From the NCBI RefSeq assembly GCF_009914755.1, contig NC_060927.1: 64,000 nt of DNA. The stretch is one strand, 5' to 3'. Position 1 is the first letter of the stretch. Each line of letters begins with the position of its first letter. Position numbers and translations under genes: made by a program. This document shows, in pieces, positions 18,112 to 35,759 of the stretch. The notes beneath the pieces are model-generated. The model saw only the letters and a program-made list of their open reading frames with translations. It was not told the DNA's origin and did not search any database. The stretch is from the human T2T-CHM13v2.0 reference genome, Homo sapiens.

Positions 18112-18412
18112 GAGAGGTTCTTTGCCCTGGCTGCACATTGAATCACCTGGGGAACTTAAAAAACTTCCAACGTCCTGGCCACACCTCAGAGCAATTAAAT
18201 CAGACCCTCTGGAAATGGGACCCAAGCATCAGTACTTTTTCATTATTTGTTGTTAATTTTTGTAGGGATGGGCTCTTGCTATGTTGCCCAGGCTGATCTC
18301 AAACTCCTGACCTCAAGTGATCCTCCTGCCTCAGCCTCCCAAAGTGCTGGGATTACAAGCATGAGCCACCAAACCCAGCCGGCATTCTGGAGTCCAAGTT
18401 GAGAACCACTGC
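18112..18412. mobile_element. MER5-type MITE interrupted by antisense FLAM/Alu left monomer (about 18250-18381)
   Basis: ggctgcacattgaatcacctggggaac...ttgagaaccactg. Confidence 0.75.
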
Positions 18413-19603
18413 CTAAAAGTTGCTACCTGAAGGCTATAATTTGCCTGAATGCTACACTCTAAGCTTTGCGAGGGCAGAAACTGGTTTGTTTACTCTCACT
18501 CATCCTCAATGCCTGTGATACCTCCTGACCCATAGTTGGAGTTTAACGAATATTTATTCATTAAATGAATTAATGCTTGTTCAGAATTTCATTAAGATGT
18601 AGATAAAGAAATGCTCTGCCTTTTGCCTGGGAGTGATGTTGGAAATCCTTAATCACTTATACGGCCATGACACTTGATCAGAGTGTTAGAGGCCTCTATG
18701 TGCCCTGAAACCTTAAATTATAGGATCATGGGAGGTTTAGTGTCCTGGTGGAGGGGCATCATTGGCCAGAACTGTTGGGACACTTTGGGGAGATCAGCAC
18801 AATAGCTATTTACCAACTGGAATGAAAGCATTTTAATATTTTAACAATAGGTCCAGCTGTACACAGCGGTGGGAGAGCAGGCTACCATGGTTTACGTTTT
18901 GATCCTTCTGCTGTTAACAGGGGATTTCCTAGTCTGAAAGGCTATATGTGTTATAGCTATATGTGTTCTGTTGCTGTCTTACCTCTCAGACTTCACCTTA
19001 TATCACTCCCCTGACCCTCTTCTCGGCAACACTGGCCTTCTCTGTGTTTCTTCAACACGGCTAAGCTCCTTCTTGCCTTAGGGCCTTTGCTCTTGCTATT
19101 CAGTCTGCTGGATTATTTGCCCAATGGGAGGAGCTTCAAAGTCATGTTACAAAGGGCATAGATTCAAAGAAGGGATGGCAGTAGCCATTTCTGTTACTCT
19201 ACCACGTGGCCCCTTCATGTAAATGCTCAGCATCTCAGATTTCTTCTTCATCCCTCTTTTCCTCTCCAAAATGCTACTTGGGTATAATAAAGAAAAAATG
19301 TCACTTGTGTGGCATGATAGTCTCAGAGACAAAAAAAGTGTCCCTTCAGTTTCTCTTGGATCGTCTCTGGTCTTAGCTAGAGAGTGCTTGGTCCCAGCTG
19401 CCACTTGCACTTGAGCTTCAGGCTCCATCCCTGGGTGTTCTGTTCATGTTTGGTGCTGATAGTTACGGCTGTTGAAACTTGGATTAGTTATTTTTGTCTT
19501 GACTGGGCCTAGATAACTAGGACTCATATCCTTCTCCTTGGCATTGCAGACACTAGAAGCTTTTGCATTTAGGTTTATAATTCAGCTAATGTTCATATTT
19601 TTC

Positions 19604-22810
<3,207 letters not shown>

Positions 22811-22894
22811 TCTTTGCTGAATTTATTCCATACATATATATTTAATTATATATAGATACACAATCACATTTTAGTGCTACTATAAGTGCCAGAT

Positions 22895-23765
<871 letters not shown>

Positions 23766-23799
23766 TAAATGTGTGTATGTGTGTGTGTGTGGTAGGGGA

Positions 23800-24101
23800 A
23801 GGAGTGTCACAATCCTGTTGGCTGGGGACCTGGATAGAACAAAAACAGAGAAAAGATAAATTGGTCTCTGTCATCCTGGAGCTAGGATATACTCTTCTCT
23901 TGCTTTTGGACATCAGAACTCCAGGCTTATCCAGCTTTTGGATTCCAGTATTTACACCAGTGGCCCCCCAGTTTCTCAGGCTTTTAGGCTTGCATTGAGC
24001 CATACTAATGGCATCCCAGGGTCTCCAGCTTGTAGATAGCCTGTTATGGGACTTCTCAGCCTTCAGAATTGTGTGTGCCAATTCTCCTAATAAACTCCTC
24101 T

Positions 24102-24147
<46 letters not shown>

Positions 24148-24240
24148 GTCTATCTATCTATCTGTCATCTATCCATCCATCTACCTATTTATCTATCCAT
24201 CCTATTTGTTGTGTGTCTCTGGAGAACCTTGACTAATTCA
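23800..24240 (+). mobile_element. MLT2 (ERVL) LTR with an internal (TATC)n STR at 24103-24162
   Basis: ttggacatcagaactccagg...ctctggagaaccttgactaat. Confidence 0.8.
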
Positions 24241-24534
24241 AACTTCAATTTACATCCCTGTAGCAGCCACTCTCTATTAGATATCATTGGGTCTTTCCCC
24301 AGACATGTGCAGCCTAGCCTTCAACCAATAACCCAAGGAAGACCCACACGGACTTTCCCCTACCTACTTCACAGCCAGTCAACTTTATTCTCTCTAATGC
24401 CCTTTGTTCTCTCTGATGCTCTCAGCTTACATTTCATCTCCTTGCATTGTGGTCAGAAAAATGCTGCCAAGCAAAGAGCCAGGGTGAATATGGGTTAAAG
24501 CTTACAAATCTTAGGGGTTTCCTTTTGCCAAGGA

Positions 24535-24536
<2 letters not shown>

Positions 24537-24580
<44 letters not shown>

Positions 24581-24620
24581 ATATATGTAATATAAATATA
24601 TATGATAATATAAATATATG
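24537..24620. repeat. (TA)n / AT-rich repeat
   Basis: Direct reading. Confidence 0.95.
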
Positions 24621-24913
24621 TATGTATCAAGGACCCATATTTTTGTTATCTTTTCCTTCTGCCATTTTCCTATGTGTTATGTTTTCAACCTTAGTTTGTT
24701 GTCTCATGGTTGCAAGGTGGCTGCCACTGCTCCAGACATCACATCCTCACATAGGTGTTTTCTAGGCAGTAAGAAGGAATAGGTCTCTTTTCCATTTATG
24801 ATTTTATCAGGGGGAAAAGCCATATCCAAAGTCCTTCCAGAAGACTTCACTTAATGTTTCTTTGGCCAGAAATGAGACTCTCCCAAATCAATCACTAGCA
24901 AAGGGCAATGGGT

Positions 24914-25343
24914 TCTTTTCTTTTCTTTTCTTTTCCTTTTCTTTTCTTTTCTTTTCTTTTCTTTTCTTTTCTTTTCTTTTCTTTTCTTTTCTTTCCTTTT
25001 CTTTCCTCTCCTCTCCTCTGCTCTTCTTTTCTTTTCTTTTCTTTCTTTCTCTTGCTTGCTTGTCATGGTGTCACCCTGTCCCTAGGCTGAAGGGCAGTGG
25101 TGTGATCATAGCTCACTGCAACCTCAAACTCCTAGGGTCAAGCGATCCTCCCATCTCAGCCTCCCTAGTAGCTAGGACTACAGGTATACACTACCACACC
25201 TAACTAATATTTTTTAAATTCTTTTTAGAGACAGAGTCTCACTGTGCTGCCCAGGATGATGTTGAACTTCTGGCCTCAAGCAGTCCTCCTGCCTCAGCCT
25301 TCCAAAGAGCTGGGATTACAGGCATAAACCACTGTGCCTGCCC
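24914..25343 (-). mobile_element. AluJ with a (CTTTT)n-expanded tail (24914-25050), inserted in an old MLT1 LTR
   Basis: Antisense AluJ; TSD core gggcaatgg on both sides. Confidence 0.85.
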
Positions 25344-25639
25344 TGGCTGGGCAATGGATTTTAGAGGCCAATAATGATTCAACTTTTGAGATAAGGTGAA
25401 AGGCCCTTATCTTTCTGAGATAAGATGTCTTTAAAGTAAGGTGAATTTTGTTGTTCATTTTGCTATCTGAACAAGATTAAGAATTTATAAACTAATAAAG
25501 AAGAAAAAATGGTTGTTAAAATAGCAACCAACAGTGATTGAATAGTAAGGCTTCTCAACCCAAATTTGGAAATTTGTGAAGCTCATATTATAAATAAATT
25601 AATAGAATAACATGTTACCTTTGACATCTTATTTCACCT

Positions 25640-25990
25640 ATCCATCCTGCTCATGGCAGCCAAACTTATCTTCCTGAAATACAGTTTTGACCATGCTAGA
25701 ACTTTGCTCAAAAACTTTGCTGGCTGCCTATCACTACAAAACAGTCTCCAAAGCATGGCATGCAGTGCCTTTGGGATCTGTCTCCACGTTACCTTTTTAG
25801 TATTATCTTTTAGTGTAATCCCTCTCTGCCCTTGTCACACAACATTTGCCCTTCCTCTGACATGCTGTGCATTCCTGTGTCTGTTATTGCTGGCAATGCC
25901 TTTGCTCTCCTTATTTATTCCTCAATCCACCATTCTTTGGAGACCCAGCTGAAATGCCACCTCTTCCATGATGCCATTCACAATATTTCC
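25640..25990 (+). mobile_element. L2
   Basis: ggcagcc...ttttgaccatg...cagctgaaatgccacctcttcc. Confidence 0.6.
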
Positions 25991-26932
25991 AATTGCAACT
26001 GATCTCTATTATCTCTGTTCTCCTATTGTACCTACCATGCTCCATTGTAGGATATTTAGTGGCAAATGTATTTCGATTCCGTTTTACTCAGTTGTGTATC
26101 CTTACATTGCCTTCTAGAGGGATGGCAGATACACAGCACAGAAGCCACAAATCCCTATTTGTGAGCCCATGGAAGATATTACTATATGATTACAATATGA
26201 TTTTCTACTAAGCCTAAATGTACATCAAGGCATCTCAGGACATTATTAATTGATTAACAACTGCTTCTGGCAGTTATTACTAGTGGATTACATGAAATCC
26301 ACATTCTATCTCTAGCTACATTTATGGCCTTGTTCATAATCAAAGCTTAATGCTTTGGTTAGTTGAAGTGAATTTCACTACATAGATTCCATGATTGGTT
26401 TCCACCAATGACTACATTTATTTGGGAGATGGTAGAAATCTAGAGGATTATAATGCTATAGCATTACAGCATGTGGCGGAGCAAACCACATGGAAGAAAT
26501 GCGCTAGTAAGAGAAATAAGTTCTTGCCAAAGGGAGGCCAGACTGTCAGACCTTTTTAGTTTTTTTTTTTTTCCTTAAGAAACCCACCAGGAAACCTTGT
26601 TATTTTCTTGGTTCAAAATCCAAGAATTAGATAAAGGTATACATCAACTTTGTAGGCTATGCTCTGGGAATCTCATGGGTCAAGGGAAGGAGTAAGAGTG
26701 TTTCTGAATGTCACAATCCATTTTATTATGGGCAAACTTTTATCAGACATGGCTGTAAGATCCCCCTTCGGAAACAGCAGGTATCTACAACAAATAAGAT
26801 TTTTTAAACCATGCAGACATAAGTCTAATGTTCAGAAGTCAGTTTGGGAAATGGCAGAATAAGCAGGGCTTTTTAAAAAAAAGATTAGGTCAGTTTTGAA
26901 TGTTTATCTATTTTTTTGAACCTATTGTAAGG

Positions 26933-27132
26933 CTGCACTGTCCAATATAGTAGCTGTCACATGCAGGTAAATTTAAATTAATTAAAATTAAATAAAATTT
27001 AAAATTTAGTTCCTCAGTCACAGGAGGCACATTTCAAGTGCTCAACTCCACATGTGGTTAGCAGCTACTGTATTGGACAGAGCAGATACTGAACATTTCC
27101 ATGATCACAGAAAGGTCTAGTGGGCAGCACTG
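26933..27132 (-). mobile_element. MER3, near full length
   Basis: gcactgtccaata...cacatttcaagtgctcaa...ggcagcactg. Confidence 0.85.
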
Positions 27133-28334
27133 TTCTAAGGTCTCCTATAAAAGACTTGAACTCCTGTGAAATGTAGTTTAGGGTTTTTGCAGAAGTTTTG
27201 GTTCTATGCACCAATTAGATTCTTCAGTATTACCATTAATTATATTATGTAACTTTCAATGAAAGTTATACCCAAATCAATGCTTTTCTCTTTAGAGGTC
27301 TTTCTGTTTATAGTCTCATTCGAGATAAATATCAAGAAAGTTTTTACAGTTAGAAGCCTGTGTGGTAAGCAAGATTCTGTTATTTATTTTTTGTTGTTTC
27401 TTTATGGTGGTTAATGTCTTACCTGATCCATAGAGTTGCTTTTTGCAACCCTCTGCATGCTAAGTTGGCTATGTACTGTTTGGTTGTGTGAATGTAAATT
27501 GCCTAGGATTTTGCCTTACTAAGGAAGATACAGAGAATTCAATAATTAAATAAAAGGACTATTGGGAAATAATGTGCCATAAGGCTCCTAACTATTCTGG
27601 AATACTTTTATTCTTGCTTCTCTCTCTTAAATAAAAACTACTGTCTATAGAGAGATGCATTAAAAATAGGCCACATACAATATGGTTAAAGCTTCCATGT
27701 TAGTTTTAAATGGAGTTCATTTGAAATGAGTTAATCTAGGTTATGGTGGTTATTCAATATAAAGTTCATTCTTTGTTACAATTCAAAGCCATATGTTTAC
27801 TTCATTTATTCCTGTAAAGATAAGATTAATTTTTTTTTTATTTAAGCAAGGTCAAATATGAATATAAAGAAATGTGTTGGGGCTTAGGAGTCAAAATCTC
27901 ATTTTTCTTTCTACCCCTATGGTTCTGTAGATTATTAACTTTCCTTGTAATTTCCTATTAAGGTACCTCTTTGAATAAAGTCTAGATGGGCTACTTAGGA
28001 TTCATATATTCTCTTTATCCACATGACACTGACGCTGAAAACTTGGTATATATTTGTAACAAATGAACCAAAATCTTCCCTTTTCAGCTTTATCATTGTC
28101 ATGACAAGTCCTTTTCAGAGACAGCTGTATTGAGGTGGTAAATCACGTGGCTGAGTTTGATTCCCAGCTCCATCACTCCCGGTTGTATGGAACATAAAAG
28201 TTACTTAATGTTGTGTACTTCACTTCATCTCAAAGATGAGTTTGATTTCCAAACCTCCATCATCATAATAAATAGTGATATTATTTTTCAGTTGGGTTCC
28301 AAGTCTAAAATTCATTTTTCTTTCTGACTTAAAC

Positions 28335-28635
28335 TTGTAAATTTTAAATGCAATTTATGTACAGTGAAACACAGATCTTAAGTATACAGTCTGATGAATT
28401 TTGACAAATGCATACACTATCAAGATATAGGAGATTTCTTAAAACCCACTATCAAGATATAGGAGATTTCTATCTCACCAGTACGTTCCTTTCACCTTTT
28501 CCCAACCAGTCCCCAAAACATCCACATGAGGCAATCACTATTTTGATTTTATGACTATAGCTTACTTTTATCTGTTGTGGAATTTCATGTAAATGGAATC
28601 ATACAGCATGTATTCTTTTGTATAAGACTTTTCCC
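28335..28635 (-). mobile_element. L1MC/ME 3' end
   Basis: gatcttaagtatacagtctgatgaattttgacaaatgc...aaatggaatcatacag. Confidence 0.75.
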
Positions 28636-29099
28636 ATTTTCTACTAATTATTTTGTTTTACTTTCTACTATAATGTTCCTTCCATTTACATTTTATGTAG
28701 AATAGCTGTCTTTAACACATTGAAAAATCATGGGTAGAGAGGTTAATTTTAAAAGTCTAAAAGAATGGCTTGGTGTTTAGGAAATGGCTTTGTAATTCTT
28801 AGCTACATGACCATGTGAGTTTCAGCAAGTTACTTAAACTCTCTGAACCACACATCACTTTAAAGTGATTGTTATATTTACCTCACAAGTATTTTTTATT
28901 AGCATGAAATAAAATCATGTATATGAAGTAACCCCACTTGAGGGCACTAAAAAATTGTCAATTCCCTCCTCTTTTAGGCCAATAAATCTTACAGTAGTAA
29001 CCAACCTGTCGTTTGTCCATTTGTGACTGAGCACGTATCCAACAATTACAAAGAACGTATGACTATCGGTGCTTAGTAGGCTCAAGTCAAGGTTTTTCT

Positions 29100-29300
29100 C
29101 TTATACAATTACAGTTTATATTTATTTACCCTTTATTTCTGTGTATTAGCTCACTTAATCTTCATTGCATTTCCTATGAAAAATAGCTAGCATTATCTTT
29201 ATTTTACAGATAAGGAAACCAAAACTCAACGTGGCTAGCTTGTCCAGAATCTCCCAAAAAGTTAGTAGATGATGAAGCCAGACTGGCACCAAAGCTTGCA
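29100..29300 (-). mobile_element. MIR
   Basis: attttacagataaggaaacc. Confidence 0.65.
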
Positions 29301-29574
29301 CTTTTAATGAGGCAATGATGAATCAATCCCCTGAGGTAGAGACAAGGGTGACCAAAGACCCTCAAGTTTGCTGCCACTGCTCTGCACCCAGGAGAATTTC
29401 CAGTACAACTTGGGGAACCAGGAACAGGCTGGACAGATGTGTGCATTCTCCAAAGCTCTCCATATGTTTTCTGTTGCCTGCTCAGGTAGTGCTTGGCTGT
29501 GAATTGACTATGGTCCAATGGCTCCTTTGTTGTTCCCTTACTCATGAAAAGGTCTGTGCTGTTTTGGCCATTTA

Positions 29575-30680
29575 TATATGCCAGAGACTATTCTGGGCAC
29601 TGGAAATATAGCAATATGCAAAATAGACCAAAAAATTCCGGCTCTAATGGAAGTTACATTCTAAATGGGGAAGATGGACAATAAGTGAATGAACAAACAG
29701 GTCCGTTTACTTATTTAATGTTGGGGACAATAAGTACTTTGGAGAAAAATAATATAGGGAAGAGGAACCTGCAGTGACAGAACATGGTATTTATTCGTCT
29801 AAATTGGGTGGTGAGGGAAGGCCTTAATTAATTTGGGGAAATTATAAGGTAAAGGACATGAGGAATGAGCCACACAGATGTGGAGCGGATTGGGAGAGGG
29901 TGTGTTCCTGGCAGAGAGAAGAGCAAGTCCAAAAGCACTACGTCAAGAGGCATCTTATAGGAATAGTCAGGAAACCAGTGACCCTAGTGCACAGTGAGCC
30001 GGGGAAGAAGAATAAGTGGGGCGTGAGAGGGGCCAATCATGGAGGGCCTTATTTGACATTTAAAACAATTTGGCTTTTATTATAAGTGAGATGCAAAGCC
30101 ATTAAAGAATTCTGAGCAGAGAAAGCACATTAATTTGACTCATATTTTTAAAAGGATCGTTCTGGCTTCGGGGTTGAGAATGGACCATAGGAAGGCAAGG
30201 CTGGAAGCAGGGAGACCAGGTAGGAGGCTGTTGCAGTAACATAGGCAAAAGATCGTGTTGGTTTAGACCAGATTAGTATTAGAAGAGGTCATGGGAGGTG
30301 GTTGGATTCTAGATATGACTTGAGGCTCCAGCCAATAGGATTTGTTGACAGATGGGTTGTGGTTTGTGAAAGAGTGACCAAGATGTCGGGGGTTTTGTCC
30401 TGAGTCAGTGGGATGGAATCACTATCAACTGAGATGGGGAAGGCAGGGGGAGGAACAGGTCTGGGAAGGAACAACAGGATCCATTTTTGGACAAGTTGAT
30501 AGGAGATGCCTGTTAGACATAAAGTGGAGATGTTGGGTAGGTGGATGAATATATGAGTCTAGTGTCTGGAACAAAGTCTGGGCTGAAGATGCAAATTTGA
30601 GGAATTGTCAGAAAAGAGAGATTCAAAGCTAAAGGCTAGATAAGCATACCTAGAGTGGGGGTGTGTTGACAGAAAAGGGA
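29575..30680 (-). mobile_element. L2 fragments
   Basis: ggaagcagggagaccaggtaggaggctgttgcag...ggattctagatatg. Confidence 0.75.
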
Positions 30681-31310
30681 AGTCTAGTTAGAGTCTCTTT
30701 GGAACTGATAAAATGTAAGTTAAAATAAAAACTGTCACTCAGGTTTTCACAAAAGTTATTGGAGAGCTTTTATTCTTACTACCATTTAATATTTTCATTA
30801 TATTTCTAGCTTATTACTCACTCACTCTTTTCCTTACTAAACAGGTTCTTATCATTTTATCTTTAGGATGAAAACTAGCCCTGCAGGCCACTTGTTCCAG
30901 ATCTCTCACAGATTATTGGGCACTGAAGTTATAGTTGATCTCTTTTTGAAAGTACTCTCCACTCTTCAACTCTTTGTAGGTTAAGAGGAAGCCAAGGAGG
31001 CACAAAAACAAATATTTCCTTTGGACTCTAGGGCTTTATCAATGTGAGGAACAGAGTTTATTTCAAAAAACTTCTGCGCTCTTGTGAAAAGTAAAGAGAA
31101 GAAACATTTTGACTGTTTTGTTAATCTGTGACCTTGAGAACTGCCTTCATTTTATAACTGGAGAAGCAAAATCCTATTTTGTTGAGTGAATGAACAGAAA
31201 TTATCTTCCCACTATCCTAGATGCAATCATATAATTTTCAGGTTGTTTGAAAAAGTCACCCTAAGAGTCATATAAAGATGAAACGAGAGATGAAATACCC
31301 GGAAATGTTT

Positions 31311-31910
31311 TGTTCCAGTTACTGTGGCTGCATAACAAATCACCCTAAAATTTAATGGAATAAAACATTTATTATACTCTGTAATTCTGTGGGTAATGAA
31401 TTTGGAATGGGCGCAGCATGAATGGCTTGTCCTGCTCCACAATGCCTGGTCATCAGATGGAAGACAGGAGGGCTATGCGCTAGAATCATCTGAAGGTTCA
31501 CTCACTCACTCGACCAGCAGCTGCTTCTAGGTGCCAAATGGAGCCACAGTTCCTCTCCACGTGGGCTTCTCATGTGGTCTCTCTGCATGGACTAGTTTGG
31601 ACTAGTTTGTCACCATGCTGCGAGTTAGTCCAAAGGTGAGTGTGCCCTAAAGGGTTAGTTTCAAGGGTGAGTGCCGTAAAGGAGAGCCAGTGGGGCACTG
31701 TGTGCTTTGTATGGCCTAACTTCAGAAGTCATACAGCATCGCTTCTGCTGTCCTCAATTGGTAGGGGCAGTCTCAAGCTCACCCAGGTTCAGTGGAAGCA
31801 ATAAAGGTTCCACATTTCAGTGGCACGAGCGTCAACCACATTGGAAGCAGAGCATGTAGATGGGATATACAGATTGGTGCAGCCATCTTTGCAAAAATAC
31901 AATCTGCCAA
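31311..31910 (-). mobile_element. MLT1 (G/H-like) LTR
   Basis: gctgcataacaaatcaccctaaaatttaatgg...gcagccatctttgcaaaaatacaatctgcc. Confidence 0.7.
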
Positions 31911-33426
31911 AGATTTAGTGACTATCATGAGCATAAACTGTTAGATTTGCAGTCTTTTGCCTGGAAAGTAGAGAGGAGATAAACACCTCTGAGAGACTGG
32001 GTGAGGTAAGAACTTTTACATTGATTTTAGAAATATCCTTTTTACATTTTTTTAAAAATTTTTGGATTCCTATTCTGCAGACCATGAAAATGCTGCTTTG
32101 CAAAAGGTCTGTCTGTATCTCAGGTTCGCTGTTTCATTAGGACAGCATTTGTACAGAGTGTTGCTATATGACAAGCTTCTCACAAGGGCACAAGGAAGTG
32201 ACATATTGTGGAGATGCAAACAATTACTGAAAGCCCTTGAGAGTGTGCAGGTATCACCCACAGGAGAGCAGAGAGAAGCTCTCCTATAAAGCTGACCCCC
32301 TCCCTGATCAAATACTAGTGAATTCTACCATATCCTTTGCTTAACATCTACCGATTTCCCTCAAGGCATGTGCAAAGAGAATCAGACTAAATCATACCCT
32401 TTATCTCTGTAGATTGAGATCTAGGGAAACAAGCTTGTCTTTTTCCACATACAAAGTCAGTGCCATGGACCCATTTTTAGAAGTGATGGGTGGTTTGGTC
32501 TCTGTTAGATGACAAGCTGAAAAGATTCAGAATTTCTAGATAAAGACTGAGAGAAAAATGATTGACATTATTGGTGTTATAAAGGTTCAGGACAAAGTGA
32601 ACACAAATATGTGAATAAAATTTGGGGAATTATTAATATTTGACATGATTTCTAATTCCCAAGTAGTGAATATGCTATGAGTGGAAACATCGGGGTGATG
32701 TTTCTGGCTTTGCCCATATACAGTCCCATCAGAGGAAATTCTAGGCTCCCTACTAACCCTCTTGAACAAGATGACACCAAGCAGGAAGAAACCTTTTTAA
32801 AAATAAAGAGTGCCTAGGTCATAAAATATTAATGTTGATCTCAATGCATAATGCTGTTCAAATGGGCCAGAGTTTTGCAGTTTTCAAAGTATCATACAGC
32901 TAAGGCAGAGCTTTATTGATTTTTATATGATTTTTATGTGATTTTTATCAGCCTCTGTATATTGGAACCTTAGAACGTTGGACTATCAAGTTCCTACAAG
33001 TGTTGGGATTTGGCTGTTTGAGTGGTTGCAGGGGCAGAGGCATCCAAGGTCAAGGTGGGTGCTATGAGAGCATTGTAGGGTCCAGGCTGACTTGATAAAG
33101 GCTGGGAAGTATTTGGGGGTCAGGGAAAGTGAGAGAACCAAGGATAGAGAAGTTAGTTTTCCTAGGAATGGATCACCTCATGGAGGCACTGTTGAAAAGA
33201 TCTGGAAGGAAAGTAGCAGTGGGAGGTTGGATTAGGGATGAGCAAGTCCAGACCAGTTCCAAGATAAGTTTAGAAAAAAAAAGAAAAGGAAAGGAAAAGG
33301 AAAAAGATGACCTGGGTCAGAGGTGGAGAACTTACATTTTGATTGCTGGGAGATCATGTGAATTTTGTGTAACTCAAACTCTCAAACAGAATAATAATTT
33401 ATGTAGTAGGGTAAGTCTCTGGCTTA

Positions 33427-33833
33427 TGTGGTAGAGGCTTTTAGTGCTTACCCTATCCTGTTCACTTCTCTTCTCAGCTCAGGGGAGGTTACTCTTGCCC
33501 TTCCATCTTTTGTTTGGATGGAGTCATGTAACTAGTCTGGCCCCTGGGTTGTGGGCAAAAGTGATGTGTGAACCAAAGTATTTATGGTGTTATGTGTTGG
33601 TGTTATGACCCACCACTCTTTTTCCTCTGCTATCAGAAGCTGAGATATTCTAGATGACAGAGACTCCAATAGTCCGGGTGCTAGAGCGAGGACAATATGG
33701 AGCAGAGAGTCCCCACCCATAGACCTGCTGATGTGAGATACACATCTTCTATGGGCAAGAAATAACATATTGTATTGAGCTGCTGAGATTTTGACACAGT
33801 TTATGACCTCAGCATAACTTATTCTGAAAGACA
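33427..33833 (+). mobile_element. MLT1 (I/J-like) LTR
   Basis: gagtcatgtaactagtctggcc...gctgagattttg...cagcataactta. Confidence 0.6.
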
Positions 33834-35759
33834 CAATTCAGATGTGCATGTATTATACTATTATTTTCTATAATTTATTTCACTTGGCCATCAAGTCTGC
33901 ATCTCATTAGAGGCTGGCCAGGGAACTTAAAATGTGCCAATTGATGGTAACAGTCTCATTTTATATGCATATTCAAGCTCTCAGAGTTTCTTCCCTGGAC
34001 AACACAGTATCTCGACATAGAGGGCAGCTAATTTATCCTTGTGGCAGACGGGAGAAGAGGGCTTTATGCTCTTGCTGTTCCCTGGATACCCTCCTGGCTT
34101 CAACTGCAGAAGTTGATGGCTAGGACTGCTGCTGATTCAGTTCTATCTAGGTTCTCCTAGGCCTTGCTAGGAGAACAGGTCCTCTCCTAGGTCCTCAGCT
34201 CTCAAGTCCCACCTAAGCCTTATCCAGTATCCTTGCCCAGGATGTCCACTCCATGGCCCATGTCCACCCCATGGAGTTACTTTTTCAGCCTGGTAATCTT
34301 TACTCTCAGCTACAATTTTTGTGCCCCTCATTGGCCTGTGGGCATGTCTGAATCCTGTTTTTATTACCTTCTCTCTATCTTGCATTTCTCTCCTTTCATC
34401 GTCCACTCCTGCTGCCTGAGCTAAGGAGCAGAGGGGTGGGAGCACTGGCCCCTTATGAGACCAAGCAAACCCTTCCTCCTACATTCTTTCCTTCTCAATC
34501 TTTTTTCCCCTCCAGATAGGGTATGACCTGCCCTCTCTGTTGGGGATACCCCCTAAGGCATTCCCTTCTTCCTGTTCATCTGCAGACATCTTTGTTCTAG
34601 GTGGCTCTGCCTCCTTTCCCAAGGCATTAAGCCTCATGGCTTAGTTTTAATAGTGAATATGATTAATGAGGACAATTTTTTTAAAACTTGAGGTTAACTT
34701 TTTAAGATAATTACATTAGCATTTATAAAGTACTTTCTCCATGGAAATTCTGCCTACTAGCCTGACATTATTGGCATTTGCTGCCCACTTGGCAGTGAAT
34801 CTTGTGGCTTCCAGTGTGTGGTCAGCCTGTTGAGGAATGTGGACTCACCTGGGGTAGACGCTCATGGTTCAAGTTGGTGAGTCAACTAGGAGAGCTTTTG
34901 GATCACTATATATAAAATATTTGTCTGCAGTGAAATAAGCCAAGAGTTTAGCCTCAAATTCCCATGGGAATCCTATGGGAAATATAATCCTTTCTCTTAG
35001 GTCTGCCAGTTGCCTTGTTTTCCTGAACACCATAGCCCAGTTTCCTCTAGGGGCTCATTCACAGAGAGTCATGGCTTATGCCAAGACTAGCAAGGATCAA
35101 ATGAATAAATGCAAAGATGTACAATTTTTTAAACTTTCTTTTGGTCACATCTTTGTTCTTTATATTGAGGCTTTGAGTGGATTTTGTCTTAAGACAAATT
35201 CTCCTTTTTGTATAGGGTACATTGTCTAATTTTGTACCTCTCTTATGGGGTATGCACATAAATATGAGGTCCATGGATCATTTTAAGCCAAACCCATGGG
35301 AGTCTTGCTGCTTTTAAGCCTTGAGGATGGTTTGACCTGGAGACTATTAGTTGCTTTTCATGCAAAATAATAATTACTCGAGCTTTTAAATTCTGTTTTT
35401 AGTTTGCTGCTGAATATTTTTTAGCCATGTGTGATCTTGTATTTGTTGAACCCAAGATACTCTTTCAAGTCCCCACCAAACAATCAAATTATATTTCAGA
35501 AATATGCCATCTGTCTTTGTCACTCTCAGATGCTGAAAGCTTGTGCTAGATGAGAGCTGCTACATTTTTCTCTGGTGGCAGGGATGATACAGAGAAAACT
35601 ATTCTTCCCTCTTTAGTTAACACAGTGATGATGGGTGCATGTTTGCGAGCAGAGGTATGGCATTTTTGACATAAGATAAATTCCTAACAGCTGTCTTGAA
35701 ATGAATCTCTTGATTCATTTCAACCTTATTTGTTTATATTGAACAACTTTGTCTATTTC

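Noticed and set aside
24851-25203. Lys/Arg-rich and Phe-rich ORFs
   Set aside because: Translations of the (CTTTT)n repeat
28415-28471. Repeat-spacer-repeat as a CRISPR-like array
   Set aside because: Only two copies, 7-bp spacer, inside a mammalian L1
31589-31682. Short tandem duplications (ggactagttt x2; about 29-nt imperfect pair)
   Set aside because: Ordinary slippage inside an MLT1 LTR
34241-34278. 18-bp tandem with a 9-bp stem (actccatgg...ccatggagt) as an RNA hairpin gene
   Set aside because: Too short; explained by local duplication of the palindrome ccatgg
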